From NCBI GenBank assembly GCA_965227775.1, contig OZ245777.1:1504001-1568000 (forward strand): DNA of 64,000 bases. Reading direction: 5' to 3'. Both the position numbers and the translations under genes were made by a program. Source of the DNA: Phycisphaerales bacterium. GTDB taxonomy: Bacteria; Planctomycetota; Phycisphaerae; Phycisphaerales; UBA1924. The notes under the pieces were generated by a model. That model searched no databases. It had not been told where the DNA came from and saw nothing but the letters and a program-made list of their open reading frames with translations. Positions 38,026 to 48,448 of this stretch are shown piece after piece; within the stretch, counting starts at the first letter, position 1; every line of letters begins with the position of its first letter.

Positions 38026-39192
38026 TTAAAAGTCGCGCCGCTTGAACATGAACGCCGCCAGCCCAAGCACGATGGCCTCGAACAGGAGGCTCGTGCCGAG
38101 GATCCACCACAGCGGGCGGTTGCCCAGCTCGTCGGAGGTTGCCTGCTGGCCCTCCTCCCGGGCCCGAACTTCATCATCTTCCGAAGGTGCTCCAGCAATC
38201 TCCTGGAGCGCCTCGCGATCGACCGTCCACCGCTCGAGCAGGTTGATCGTCTCCTGCGTCTTGGGCAGCAGTGTCTTCACCGCGTAGATGCCCTGGCGCC
38301 ATGTGTTGGCAACCTTCTCGCCCGATCGCAGCTCTTCGAGCTCGATCTTGTTTGTCGGGAGCCGGACGTCCTTGGCTTCGAGTTCCTCGGCGGTTGGTGG
38401 CGGATCGAGCGCCTCGAGTGGCTCAAGATCCTGCTCGGCCCGTTCGGCGTTGCGCTCCTCAAGCAGTGCTAGATTCGCGTTCCGCTCCATTCGTTCAACA
38501 CGGGCGACTTGCACGCGTTCCCTGGCCTTGAGGTCCTCGTGGATGCTCACGGCGATGCCATCACCCATGTTCACAATGAAGATGACCATCCAGATCAGCA
38601 TCGTCAGCAGCAACGCCGCGATCGTCGATCGTGTGAGGAGCCCAAGCAGCACGCAGATCGCAAACAGGTAGCTGAACATCAGTACCACGACCGGCACTGC
38701 CAGGAAAACTTCAAACGCCCACGAGCCACCACGAATGCCGATGACAAGGAAGGCAAGCAGGCTAAACACGCCAACCTGTAGTGTCATGAACAGCAGCCCA
38801 CCAGCGAACTTGGTGAGCAACAGCCGCACGCGGCCGATGGGCCGGCTCAGCACGGCCTCGATCGTGCCGCTCTGGATGAGGTCCGGGATCATGCCGGCCG
38901 TCGAGATCAGGCCCAGGATGACCGCCACCCAGCTTAACCAGAAGGGGACCGCCAGGCTCGCAAACATGGTGCGATAGAGCAGCCCGGGAGGCAGGGTCTC
39001 GCTCGTCAGCGGCACACCAAACGCGTCGGCGGGCATCTGGAACCACAGGAACGTGAGCCCCTTCTCGTTGATGCCAACCATCGCGAAGGCGGCGACGACG
39101 AGCACACTCAGGACCATCGTGATCCAGAACAGTTTCTTTGCGCACAACTCGCGATACGCATCGACCAGCAGCGCCAGAGTCTGGGTCGTCAT
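38026..39192 (-). CDS. ABC transporter permease
   Basis: Multi-TM; GTIEAVLSRPIGRVRLLLTKF motif; ends FKRRDF. Confidence 0.88.
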   Translation of the reverse strand: MTTQTLALLVDAYRELCAKKLFWITMVLSVLVVAAFAMVGINEKGLTFLWFQMPADAFGVPLTSETLPPGLLYRTMFASLAVPFWLSWVAVILGLISTAGMIPDLIQSGTIEAVLSRPIGRVRLLLTKFAGGLLFMTLQVGVFSLLAFLVIGIRGGSWAFEVFLAVPVVVLMFSYLFAICVLLGLLTRSTIAALLLTMLIWMVIFIVNMGDGIAVSIHEDLKARERVQVARVERMERNANLALLEERNAERAEQDLEPLEALDPPPTAEELEAKDVRLPTNKIELEELRSGEKVANTWRQGIYAVKTLLPKTQETINLLERWTVDREALQEIAGAPSEDDEVRAREEGQQATSDELGNRPLWWILGTSLLFEAIVLGLAAFMFKRRDF

Positions 39193-40271
39193 GACGCACT
39201 CCCTCCCTTGGACTGCCGGGCGGCGCCCGGGCTGTCGTCGTCGGCCACCGCCTGCATGAACAGGTCTTCGAGTGAAGGCCGGTGCGTGCGCACTTCCTTG
39301 ATGACCCCGCCCTTGGCCCTGATGGCGTCGAGCACTGGTTGGATGGCTTTCGCATCGGTCGTACCGATCCAGAGGCGATTGCCGTTCACTTCGATGCTCT
39401 CGCCCGTCGCCAGTTCGCCGACCATGCCGACGCGTTTGGCCAGGCCGTCTGCCGTTGGCGGCGCGAGTCCCTTGGTCGGGGGTGGCAGCGTGCTCTCTCC
39501 CTTGCCGAGCGCTTCGGGCAACGCGCGACCGAAGAGCGTGCCGGCGGCCTCGCGTTCGCCTTCTACCTCGATCTCGTATCGGAGCATGCCGTCGGTCAGC
39601 GCGTCGATCGAGCCCATCGACACAACCTGGCCCTTGTGCATGATGGCGACCGTGTCGCACACCATCTCAAGCTCGCCAAGCAAGTGGCTGTTGATGAAGA
39701 CAGTGCGCCCCTCGTCACGCATCTGCTGCAGTACCAGACGGATGTCGCGGCGGCCAACCGGGTCGACGCCGTCGGTCGGCTCATCGAGGATGACCAGGTC
39801 CGGGTCGGCCACGAGCGCCTGGGCGATACCGATGCGCTGCCGCATGCCCTTCGAGTAGCCGCCAACTTTCTTGTTGTGCCAATCTTCCATGCGTACGAGT
39901 TCGAGCAACTCGCCCGCCCGCCGCTTGCGGTCCGCGCGGTTCATCTTTGTCATCGCACCGAAAAACTCGATGACCTGCCGCCCGGTCAGGTGCTTGGGCA
40001 GGTTGTGGTGCTCGGGCAGATAGCCCACGCGTGACAGCACGTCCTTATTGCCAATGGGCTTTCCCAGCAGCGAGCCGCCGCCGCCCGTTCGCTTGACGGC
40101 GGTAATCAGGATCTTGACCAGCGTGCTCTTGCCCGCGCCGTTCGGCCCCAAGAGCCCGAAGATCGAGCCCCGCGGCACCTCCATCGTGACGCCACGGAGC
40201 GCATGGACCTTTCGACCCAGCCCGCCGTACTTCTTGTGGATGTCTTGGATAGCGACGACGGCTTCGCTCAT
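39189..40271 (-). CDS. ABC transporter ATP-binding protein
   Basis: GPNGAGKST, YSKGMRQR, LDEPTDG, INSH. Confidence 0.93.
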   Translation of the reverse strand: MSEAVVAIQDIHKKYGGLGRKVHALRGVTMEVPRGSIFGLLGPNGAGKSTLVKILITAVKRTGGGGSLLGKPIGNKDVLSRVGYLPEHHNLPKHLTGRQVIEFFGAMTKMNRADRKRRAGELLELVRMEDWHNKKVGGYSKGMRQRIGIAQALVADPDLVILDEPTDGVDPVGRRDIRLVLQQMRDEGRTVFINSHLLGELEMVCDTVAIMHKGQVVSMGSIDALTDGMLRYEIEVEGEREAAGTLFGRALPEALGKGESTLPPPTKGLAPPTADGLAKRVGMVGELATGESIEVNGNRLWIGTTDAKAIQPVLDAIRAKGGVIKEVRTHRPSLEDLFMQAVADDDSPGAARQSKGGSAS

Positions 40272-40441
40272 TGCATGCTCCTCGCCAGATCTCATTGGGG
40301 ATCGCCCGGCTCGCATTCCAAGAGTTCCCGGCGCCGCCCAAGCCAGTCGATCCTGAGCGAGCCGTTGAGTTGGCCCATCAGGGTATGGCCGCGCGCAAGA
40401 CGGGCCAGCGGCGTGCGACTGGAAGGCAGAGGAGCCCAACG

Positions 40442-42082
40442 ATGTTCAAGATGTCTGGTCATTCCGAAGCCACCCTAGCCGGCGTCGACGACGCCGCAGC
40501 GCTGCGTTGCTATTTCCGCACCGGTGATCCGCGGGCATTCGAGGTGCTCAGCCGCCGTTACCACGCCATGGTATTGGCGACCTGCCGCCGAACCCTCGCG
40601 AGCGATGCCGATGCCGAAGATGCGGCCCAGGAGACGTTCCTGAGGCTCGCCAGGAGCGGCCACCGAATCCGGAGCAATATTGCTGCTTGGCTGCACGCGT
40701 GCGCCATGGGTGCTTCGATTGATCTGATCCGCCGGTCGAGCGCCCGAGCCCGAGCCGAGAGTGCCGCGGCGAGCCATCGGGAGCGGCTGGCGATAGAAGA
40801 GCCCACCCAGCACCTCTGGTCGGAGCTGGAGCCCTTGATCGATCAGGCTCTTGCCGAGCTCGCCGAAGAAGACCGCCAGCTCATCGTGGCGCGATACCTC
40901 GCCGGCCGGCCTCAGGTCGAGCTCGCGCGGGAGATGGGCCTGAGCGAAGGTGCGGTCTCACGGCGGCTCTCGAAGGCGCTCGATCGATTGCGCGGCCGAC
41001 TTGGCAAGAGCGGGCTGGTCGTCGCTGGCGGAGCAACTCTTGCCGCAGCGCTCCAGCATGCGACGAAGGGGCTCGCGATCGATGCGGTGTCCGCCCATGT
41101 GAGCAAGGTCGCGATCGCTGGCATCGGTGTGCATCAGACAAAAGCCACCGCATTCGTTACCACCGCCGCCCTGACCGTGGCCGCCGGTGCCGCGGCCACA
41201 TTCGGATCGCTGCTGCTGACACCCAATGGCGGCTCAGGCCAGATGGGCAGCAACACTCCCGTGCCAGCCTTGGCAGGCTCGATTTCTACTACGGCTCCGG
41301 GCCCAGCGCGGCCAAGAGGGCGGCTTGGGCAGTTCCAGATGATCTCGGCTTACGACGAGGACTTCAACGCCAGCGGCACCTTTATCACCGACAACGGCAT
41401 CGCGATCCGTCGGGGCATCGAACCCGAGAGCGGCAAGCCGCGACGCATCCGGCTTGACATCAGCAGATCACGCCCTGTTGAAGACGATCCAAACACGAGC
41501 CTGCGGGAAGTTGCCGAGCTCGACGTGCGTACCTCGCGAGTGTTGCCAGAAAGCGACGAGTGGGCCAGGTTCCGCCGCGGGCAGAACCTCACGCTCCTCG
41601 TCGGCTTCGACCAATTCGATCGCATCGTCTTGCGTGAGAAGGACGACCTCGTCCAGATCGGTAAGAACGAATTCGCCTGGTACGGCGTACGACCGCCTCC
41701 CGGCTGGGACCAACGCGATGAGATCCCAGAAGATTCGGGACCGCTCGGCATCCTCGGCCCGTGGACCGAGTCGGAGCGCATTGTCGTCAGGATTTCGGGC
41801 GATGAGATCCGCTTCGGTCCCGACAGCTGGAACGCCGGCCGATACCGGGTCATCGAGTGGACGCAAATGGACGGCTACTCGCGAGTCCTGAGCATCCAGG
41901 CCGGCGGTCGAGATCCGCGCCTCATCGGCACACGCTTCAAGCTGCTGATCCGTGAGGTCGAGGGTGGCTACCAGATCGCATACTACCCGCCATCGACCGG
42001 CAGAAGTGATCGCTGGCCCAGGTCGTTCGACCACACGCTCGACAATCCGATCCGCTTGGTGAAGCTTGGAAGTGGTGGCTAA
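40442..42082 (+). CDS. ECF sigma-70 factor with long C-terminal extension
   Basis: DAEDAAQETFLRL..WL (region 2), ELAREMGLSEGAVSRRLSKALDRLR (region 4), Ala-rich TM-like segment and about 280-aa extra domain. Confidence 0.88.
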   Translation: MFKMSGHSEATLAGVDDAAALRCYFRTGDPRAFEVLSRRYHAMVLATCRRTLASDADAEDAAQETFLRLARSGHRIRSNIAAWLHACAMGASIDLIRRSSARARAESAAASHRERLAIEEPTQHLWSELEPLIDQALAELAEEDRQLIVARYLAGRPQVELAREMGLSEGAVSRRLSKALDRLRGRLGKSGLVVAGGATLAAALQHATKGLAIDAVSAHVSKVAIAGIGVHQTKATAFVTTAALTVAAGAAATFGSLLLTPNGGSGQMGSNTPVPALAGSISTTAPGPARPRGRLGQFQMISAYDEDFNASGTFITDNGIAIRRGIEPESGKPRRIRLDISRSRPVEDDPNTSLREVAELDVRTSRVLPESDEWARFRRGQNLTLLVGFDQFDRIVLREKDDLVQIGKNEFAWYGVRPPPGWDQRDEIPEDSGPLGILGPWTESERIVVRISGDEIRFGPDSWNAGRYRVIEWTQMDGYSRVLSIQAGGRDPRLIGTRFKLLIREVEGGYQIAYYPPSTGRSDRWPRSFDHTLDNPIRLVKLGSGG

Positions 42083-42868
42083 ATGCGCGTGCCCACCCAG
42101 ACCTACCGCCCGGCGTTCACAATCACCGAAATGGTCGTCGTCGTCATCATCGCCATCGTGCTGTTCTCGATCGGTACGCCAATCATACTTCAGGCGCGAG
42201 ATGCCGCTCGACAAGCGCGGTGCCTAAGCAACGTGCGTCAGGTGCTCGTAGGCATCAACGCTTTCTCCGCCTCAAACGGTGCCAGACTGCCCGAGAATCG
42301 CGTTCGAGAAAACGCCGGCGAATATGTCACCTGGCGGCAACTGCTGATCGACCAAGGCTACCTCGACGACTCGAAGGTCTGGTGCTGCCCGCTCCATCCC
42401 GACCCCGGACCTCGGAGCGAATTCGGGTACGTAGGCGGTGGCCTGCGGTGCGTCGGAGATGTCCGCTCGAGCTACGCGCTCAATGGCCACTTGCTCTGGC
42501 GCCGCAGGGTCATCGACGATGATGCACGGATCATCGATACGGTCATTGATCGCCCAAGCCACACCATCCTGGTGGCCGAGACCAACCGCGTATTCTGCCA
42601 CCTCCGCGTGAGTCCGCCCATGGTCGCCAATTTCTACGGCGATAACCCCGGGCCATACAGCTACTGGCATGATGGCAAGGGCGTGTACGGCTTCCAAGAC
42701 GGCCACGTGGAGGTGCTGCACTTTCTCGACACCGGCAGCCCCGACTGCCGCTGGCACAACCGAACGGACCTGACTCCCGATCCATTCGTGCCCCAGAAGC
42801 CCGGCGAAACCCGGCAGCACGATCATCCCGATTGGAAGTTCCTTGTTCCGGATATCTACCGCCGCTAA
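42083..42868 (+). CDS. prepilin-type DUF1559 / H-X9-DG protein
   Basis: AFTITEMVVVVIIAIVL..ARDAARQARCLSNVRQ; WHDGKGVYGFQDG. Confidence 0.88.
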   Translation: MRVPTQTYRPAFTITEMVVVVIIAIVLFSIGTPIILQARDAARQARCLSNVRQVLVGINAFSASNGARLPENRVRENAGEYVTWRQLLIDQGYLDDSKVWCCPLHPDPGPRSEFGYVGGGLRCVGDVRSSYALNGHLLWRRRVIDDDARIIDTVIDRPSHTILVAETNRVFCHLRVSPPMVANFYGDNPGPYSYWHDGKGVYGFQDGHVEVLHFLDTGSPDCRWHNRTDLTPDPFVPQKPGETRQHDHPDWKFLVPDIYRR

Positions 42869-43524
42869 GAGCGGGAGTCGGCGCACTCCTGCGGGGCGTC
42901 GGGGCAACGTCTCGCCACGATGTGGAACACATGCCATTGCTTGGCGTTGCCTCGCGCGTCCTGGCCGTCGCGATCAACCTCTTCGAAATGCTCGAGCTTG
43001 TATCGGCCGCGGAACATCTCGCCGACCTTCCGACGGGTCTGGTGGCTGCGATCGGGTAGCGTTGCCCAGGTGTCGCGATCGCCGAAGAGCTGGCCCGCGA
43101 ACACGCCGCCCGGACGAATCGACGCGTGGATTCGGTCCCAGAGCTCGTCGATCTTCTCGGGCCTGCAGAACGGCAGGCTGAAGCTGGCGTTGAGCAGGTC
43201 GCACGCAGGCAGCTCGGCCGTCTCCATCTCGGCGTGGCGGATCTCGAGCCGCTCCCGGGCATCGGCCGGCAGCCGGGGGTGGTGGCCGACCAGATCGACC
43301 GCCATCTCGTGTCCGTCAATAGCCAGCACACGCCAGCCGCGGGCCAGCAACTCGACCGTGTCGCGACCCTCGCCACAGCCCAGGTCGATCGCAAAGCCGG
43401 ACCTTTCGAAGAGCCCCAGGGCTTTCAGCAGCGTATCGCGGGGTTCCTTGCCCGCCACCGCCTTGAAGTAGCCCGGCCAGTCCCGCGTCGTCGCGCAGGC
43501 AAAGGCCGATGGCGGATCACTCAT
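42865..43524 (-). CDS. class I SAM-dependent methyltransferase (TehB-like)
   Basis: AIDLGCGEGRD, VLAID, RPGGVFAGQLFG; C-terminal part of the long ORF 42865..45141. Confidence 0.88.
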   Translation of the reverse strand: MSDPPSAFACATTRDWPGYFKAVAGKEPRDTLLKALGLFERSGFAIDLGCGEGRDTVELLARGWRVLAIDGHEMAVDLVGHHPRLPADARERLEIRHAEMETAELPACDLLNASFSLPFCRPEKIDELWDRIHASIRPGGVFAGQLFGDRDTWATLPDRSHQTRRKVGEMFRGRYKLEHFEEVDRDGQDARGNAKQWHVFHIVARRCPDAPQECADSRS

Positions 43525-43611
43525 CCGGCTTAGCTCGTCCCATGGATGAATCACGCGGGGCTCCCCGCCATTGCAAAGGTCGTCGGGCGTGGTCGACATA
43601 CGGTTGAGGGT

Positions 43612-45660
43612 ATGTACGGTGACCTGCGTCGTTTCGTCGAAGCCCTGCGAGCCGCCGGAGAACTGCTGGAGATTGCCGAGCCAGTCTCGCCGGTGTGCGA
43701 TATCGCCGACTTGGCCAGCCGCGCCAGCAAGGCCGCGGCTCCGAACCCCTGCGCGACGGCAACCCAACACAACGACCCACGCTTCCACGATCGTGGCGGC
43801 CCGGCCATGCTCTTCACCAACGTGGAGGGCAGCGAATTCCCCTTGCTTATCAACGCGTTTGGCAGCTATCGCCGCATGGAGATGGCGCTCGGCCATCATG
43901 CGGGGGACTCGGGCTTGGAGACCATCGCGGCGCTCATCGGTGAACTGACCAAGCCCCAGCCGCCGCGCTCCCTCGGAGAGGTGGTCTCGAAGGCCAAGCA
44001 ATTCGCACCACTCCTGCGGATCCCACCCAGGCGGATCAAGAAGGCCGGCCCCGTGCAACAGGTCGTGCGCACCGGCAAAGACATCGACCTCACGAGGCTG
44101 CCGATCCTCCGCTGCTGGCCGATGGACGGCGACTTTGAGGCCGTCGGCTACCCCGCCGGCATCAACGACGATATCGCCGATCTTGGTCACGCCGAGATCT
44201 CCGACGAAGAGTGGAACGCGAAGTACCGCGGCCGCTATGTCACACTCGCCGGCATCCACACGATCCACGCCGACGACGTCGACGAGAAGCGTCCCGCGAG
44301 CCACAACATCGGTATGTACCGCGTGCAGTTGCTGGGCAAGAACCGCGTCGCCATGCACTGGCACCTGCACCACGACGGCGCCAGCCACTGGCGGAGCTGG
44401 CGCAAGCTCGGCAAGCCCATGCCCGTCGCCATCGCACTCGGCGGATCGAGCGTGCTTCCGTACGCTGCCACCGCGCCGCTGCCGCCGGGCATCAGCGAGT
44501 TGCTGATGGCCGGGTTCCTGAACGGCAAGGGCATTCGCATGTGCCGGGCCAAGACCGTGCCGCTCTGGGTACCCGCCGACGCGGAGATGATCATCGAAGG
44601 CGAGGTCAGCACCGAGGCCGGCTACCCAGGATGGGATCCCAGGGAGACCGACGAGCCCCTCGGCCCGGGCGCCGTCTTCGAGGGCCCCTTCGGCGATCAC
44701 ACGGGCTTCTACTCCATGCCCGATCGATACCCCATCGTGAACGTCACGGCCTTCACGCATCGAAGGGACGCGATCTACCCGACCACGGTCGTCGGCCTGC
44801 CACCACAGGAGGATTACTTCCTGGGCAAGGCCACCGAGCGGTTGTTCCTCCCGCTGCTCAAGACCATCGTGCACGACATCGAGGACTACGACCTGCCGCT
44901 CTTTGGCGCGTTCCACAACTGCGCGATGATCAAGATCAACAAGGCCTACGCGATGCAGGGCCACCGCGTCATGGCCAGCATTTGGGGCGCCGGACAGATG
45001 GCCTGGACGAAGTGCCTCTTCGTTGTTGACGAAGACGCCGACGTGCACGACGCCGAGTCCGTTCTCAGGCTCGCCGCTGAGCGCTGCGACCCGCTGGCCG
45101 ACGTCGTGCTGACGCAGGGCCCGCTGGACATCCTCGATCACGCCGCACCGGCTTTGGGCGCGGGCACCAAGATCGGCTTCGACTGCACGAAGAAGATGCC
45201 CGGCGACCGCCTCACCGATGATCCGCCGATGCGCTCGCTCCCCGATGCGTCGATCGTCTCAGGCGTACAAGGCGCTGCCATGCCGGTGCCCGGCTGGCTC
45301 TTCATCGCCACCGAGGCACGCGGCGACGCCGTCGAGCAACTCTGGAACCGCGTCGCCGAAGCGATCGGCGGCGCCGTGCCGTTCGTTGTATTCCTGGGAG
45401 AGGGCGTCAACGTTAACAACGTCGATGAGGCGATGTTCCACTTCTTGGCCAACAGCGATCCGGGCCGCGACACCCTGCCAACAGATCCGCAGCACCGCGT
45501 CCGCGCGTGGGATGCCACACCGAAGACGACCGGCACTCGGCGCGGCCAATCCGTGCGTGCGTGGCCGCCGGTCATCCGTGGTGATGATGAGGCGGTGTCC
45601 CGCACCGCGTCGATCGCCCGCCGCTTCAAAGATGTTCGTGAGGTCGTCGGGCCCGGCTAG
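43612..45660 (+). CDS. UbiD-family decarboxylase (menaquinone/futalosine-type MqnL-like)
   Basis: LTRLPILRCWPMDG, NIGMYRVQL, MHWHLHHDG, EGPFGDHTGFYS, VGLPPQED, WGAGQM, DILDHA. Confidence 0.9.
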   Translation: MYGDLRRFVEALRAAGELLEIAEPVSPVCDIADLASRASKAAAPNPCATATQHNDPRFHDRGGPAMLFTNVEGSEFPLLINAFGSYRRMEMALGHHAGDSGLETIAALIGELTKPQPPRSLGEVVSKAKQFAPLLRIPPRRIKKAGPVQQVVRTGKDIDLTRLPILRCWPMDGDFEAVGYPAGINDDIADLGHAEISDEEWNAKYRGRYVTLAGIHTIHADDVDEKRPASHNIGMYRVQLLGKNRVAMHWHLHHDGASHWRSWRKLGKPMPVAIALGGSSVLPYAATAPLPPGISELLMAGFLNGKGIRMCRAKTVPLWVPADAEMIIEGEVSTEAGYPGWDPRETDEPLGPGAVFEGPFGDHTGFYSMPDRYPIVNVTAFTHRRDAIYPTTVVGLPPQEDYFLGKATERLFLPLLKTIVHDIEDYDLPLFGAFHNCAMIKINKAYAMQGHRVMASIWGAGQMAWTKCLFVVDEDADVHDAESVLRLAAERCDPLADVVLTQGPLDILDHAAPALGAGTKIGFDCTKKMPGDRLTDDPPMRSLPDASIVSGVQGAAMPVPGWLFIATEARGDAVEQLWNRVAEAIGGAVPFVVFLGEGVNVNNVDEAMFHFLANSDPGRDTLPTDPQHRVRAWDATPKTTGTRRGQSVRAWPPVIRGDDEAVSRTASIARRFKDVREVVGPG

Positions 45661-45663
45661 GGC

Positions 45664-47226
45664 TCAGGGCGTGCCCGGTCGCACGACAACGCGACCCATC
45701 TCCGCGGCCTCGCGATCGATCAGCCGGACCAGCTCGTTGCGAAGCTGGCGGCTTCGCAGGCTGTCGCTGGTCTTGAAGCCGTTCATGAGGATCGAGAACG
45801 CCGCGACCGGCTCGGTGCCACCCTTGGGCACCACATAGCCCGAAATCGTGCGCACGTGGTTCAGGTATCCCGTCTTTGCGAGGATGTCGTGCTGCAGGGC
45901 GCTCGGTGACAAGAACCCACGCCGCAGCGTGCCCTCGCCAGACCTGGCCAGGGAGTCTCGGAATAGCGTGCGGGCCGACTCATCGCTGATCGCGTGCATG
46001 TGCGTCAGCAGCGAGGTGAGCGTGGCGGGCGCGATCTTGTTCTGGCGGCTCATGCCGCTTCCGTCGGAGATGCGAAGCCCGTCGAGCGCCGTCGGCCCGA
46101 TGGCCTTGGTCAGCTCTGTGCGCATGCCGGCCGCGCCGAGGACCCAGCTCCCAGACTCACCCGTGAAGTGGTACCCGATGCGCTTGAAGAGCGCTTCCGC
46201 ATGCAGGTTGTAGCTGTCGGTGTTGCAACGCCGCAGCACTTCGGCGATGGGCGTCTTGATGACCAGTATGGGGTCGCCGTCGTATCGCTCGCCTTCGGCG
46301 ATCCGCCGGACGGCCTCGCCCGGCAGCTCATGGGCGCTGCCGATCTCGACGCCACGCTGCTCGAGTCGCTCGGCGAGCAACTCGCCGAACACGATCGCCG
46401 TATCGCGCACGGCTGTGGGGGCGCCAACCGGGCGCGATACCTCGCCCGAGACCCGCCAGCGGTTGCGGTCGCCCTCCCTCGAGATCGAGATCGCGCTCTG
46501 GTGCGGCCTCCCTGCCGGCGTGCGCTTCGCCGCGGTCTGCGTCTTGTTCTCGATCTCGATGCTGCTTGCATCGGGCTCAAGCACAATGCGCGCGGGCTGG
46601 TTCAGCGACGTGTCGCGTGCGAATACATTCACGATGTTCAGATGGAAGTTGAGCCCACCAACCTCGGCGCAGTAGTAGTACTGCAGCTGCTCGCGCGGCC
46701 AGTCCTTGTGCACGGTCTCGCGGTCGAAAACCCGATCATCGATCACGATCTCGCGGATCGCACGCGGCTCGGCTCGCAAGATCGCATCGGCGATGAAGTC
46801 CAGCAACTCGTCGACGTCCATGGGTTCGGGAAGATCGGACAGCAACGCCGGATCGCCCAGGCCCGGGTCGCCCGAGCCCACAACAACGAGCGTGTCGCCG
46901 ACAAGCAGGAACCGTGTATCGAACATGAACGAGTCGCCCAGCGTCATCAGGGCCGTCGCGCTGGTGAGCAGCTTCATGTTCGAGGCGGGAATGAGCGGGT
47001 CGTAAGCGTCGATCTCCGCCACGCGCCGGCCGGTTCGCAGGTCGACGACGCACACGCCCACGTCCAAGCCGTCGAGCCCGGACTGGGCGATGGCCCGTTC
47101 GAGTGCCCGCTGCAGGTCGGCCAGCGCCGGGAGCGCCGCCAGCAGAACGACCAATATCGCGGCCATCGCCCGTGTTCGACCCGCCACACGCTCGATCCGC
47201 CCCTGACGAACAACAGCCGATGCCAT
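45664..47226 (-). CDS. dacB: D-Ala-D-Ala carboxypeptidase/endopeptidase (PBP4, peptidase S13)
   Basis: PASNMKL (SxxK), GSGDP, SYNLHAE (SxN), DGSGMSR, AKTG; GGAGG RBS. Confidence 0.92.
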   Translation of the reverse strand: MASAVVRQGRIERVAGRTRAMAAILVVLLAALPALADLQRALERAIAQSGLDGLDVGVCVVDLRTGRRVAEIDAYDPLIPASNMKLLTSATALMTLGDSFMFDTRFLLVGDTLVVVGSGDPGLGDPALLSDLPEPMDVDELLDFIADAILRAEPRAIREIVIDDRVFDRETVHKDWPREQLQYYYCAEVGGLNFHLNIVNVFARDTSLNQPARIVLEPDASSIEIENKTQTAAKRTPAGRPHQSAISISREGDRNRWRVSGEVSRPVGAPTAVRDTAIVFGELLAERLEQRGVEIGSAHELPGEAVRRIAEGERYDGDPILVIKTPIAEVLRRCNTDSYNLHAEALFKRIGYHFTGESGSWVLGAAGMRTELTKAIGPTALDGLRISDGSGMSRQNKIAPATLTSLLTHMHAISDESARTLFRDSLARSGEGTLRRGFLSPSALQHDILAKTGYLNHVRTISGYVVPKGGTEPVAAFSILMNGFKTSDSLRSRQLRNELVRLIDREAAEMGRVVVRPGTP

Positions 47227-47378
47227 CCACGCCTCCGTGCCGCTGGTGTGTACCGTTCCAGCCCACCATCGGCTTGCGGGCCGGCCTGGTGTGAGCGGTG
47301 GGCGTATAAGTCAGCGTAGACCACGCCGCCCCGCCGATTACCGGAGCCCGGCGAGCACGCACGATTCGGGAGGCCCTA

Positions 47379-47858
47379 ATGACCACGAAGCCAGACCCGC
47401 AGGCCCAGACCGGTGCCGACGAGCCGCTGACCGGCGCCGTGCTCGTGGTCGACGACAACGCCCAGAACGCCGAGCTGCTCGAGGCCTACCTCGATGACCT
47501 GGGCATCACCGTCCGCGTGGCCCACGACGGGCAGGCCGCGCTCGACTCGGTCGCCGAGGAGACGCCCGACCTGATCCTCATGGACATCATGATGCCGCGC
47601 ATGAGCGGCTACCAGGCCACCGAGCGCCTCAAGGCCGATGCCACGACGAGAGATATCCCCATCATCATGGTGACGGCCCTCGGAGAGGTCGGCGACGTCG
47701 AGCGCGCGGTCGACTGCGGTGCCGACGATTTCCTCACCAAGCCCGTCAACAAGCTCGAGCTTCTGACCCGCGTCCGCTCGCTGCTCCGCGTGCGCAAGCT
47801 ACAGACCGACCTGAACAAGGCCCAGGACCAGCTCCGCAAGTTCCTCCGCGAAGACTGA
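47379..47858 (+). CDS. stand-alone response regulator receiver protein
   Basis: VLVVDD, DLILMDIMMP, VTAL, FLTKP. Confidence 0.92.
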   Translation: MTTKPDPQAQTGADEPLTGAVLVVDDNAQNAELLEAYLDDLGITVRVAHDGQAALDSVAEETPDLILMDIMMPRMSGYQATERLKADATTRDIPIIMVTALGEVGDVERAVDCGADDFLTKPVNKLELLTRVRSLLRVRKLQTDLNKAQDQLRKFLRED

Positions 47859-47861
47859 CCG

Positions 47862-47902
47862 ACCAACGAAGAACCCACGCTGCGAGGCGTGGGTTCGTTG
47901 GT
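47862..47902. terminator. hairpin between convergent response regulator and rplT
   Basis: GAACCCACGC-TGCGAG-GCGTGGGTTC perfect 10-bp stem, extended by ACCAAC/GTTGGT. Confidence 0.7.
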
Positions 47903-47936
47903 GTGGGTTTGATGTCGTCCTCGATCGAGAACGGAT

Positions 47937-48329
47937 TCAGGCCGCGGCCGGCTTGAACTCTCCCGGATTGCCCGCGCGGGTGTGCTTGATCGCGGTCTCC
48001 ACCAGCGAGTCAAACAGCTTCGGGTCCTCGATGGCGATCTGGCTGAGCATCTTGCGGTTCAGCGAGATGCCGGCAACCTTCAGGCCGCTGATGACCACGC
48101 TGTACCGAGTGCCACGCATCTTGCACGCTGCGGTGATGCGGGTGATCCAGAGCTTGCGCATGTCGCGCTTGCGCAGGCGGCGGTGGGCGTAGGCGAACGC
48201 GCCGCCGCGGATGATGGCGTCCTTCGCCAGATAGCGGTGGTTCTTGCGGGCGCCGTAGTAGCCACGGGCCTGCTTGAGGATGCGCTTGCGGGAACGGTTG
48301 CGGGCAGAGCCAATGCGAACGCGGGGCAT
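47937..48329 (-). CDS. rplT: 50S ribosomal protein L20
   Basis: MPRV..RKRILKQARGYYG..RKRDMRKLWITRI..LNRKMLSQIA. Confidence 0.97.
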   Translation of the reverse strand: MPRVRIGSARNRSRKRILKQARGYYGARKNHRYLAKDAIIRGGAFAYAHRRLRKRDMRKLWITRITAACKMRGTRYSVVISGLKVAGISLNRKMLSQIAIEDPKLFDSLVETAIKHTRAGNPGEFKPAAA

Positions 48330-48448
48330 GATCAGAGTCTCCTGCCTCGGCGAGGGGCGGCTGGTGCATTCAGCCGGCTTATGGCCCGGGCCGAGGGCCT
48401 ACACGATTGTCAAGACGAATCGGGCGCAGAGCCCGACAGACTGCGGGC

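Noticed and set aside
43525..45141. Apparent long N-terminal extension of the methyltransferase (758-aa ORF)
   Set aside because: It is the antisense of the UbiD-family gene; only the last 219 or so codons look like a real protein
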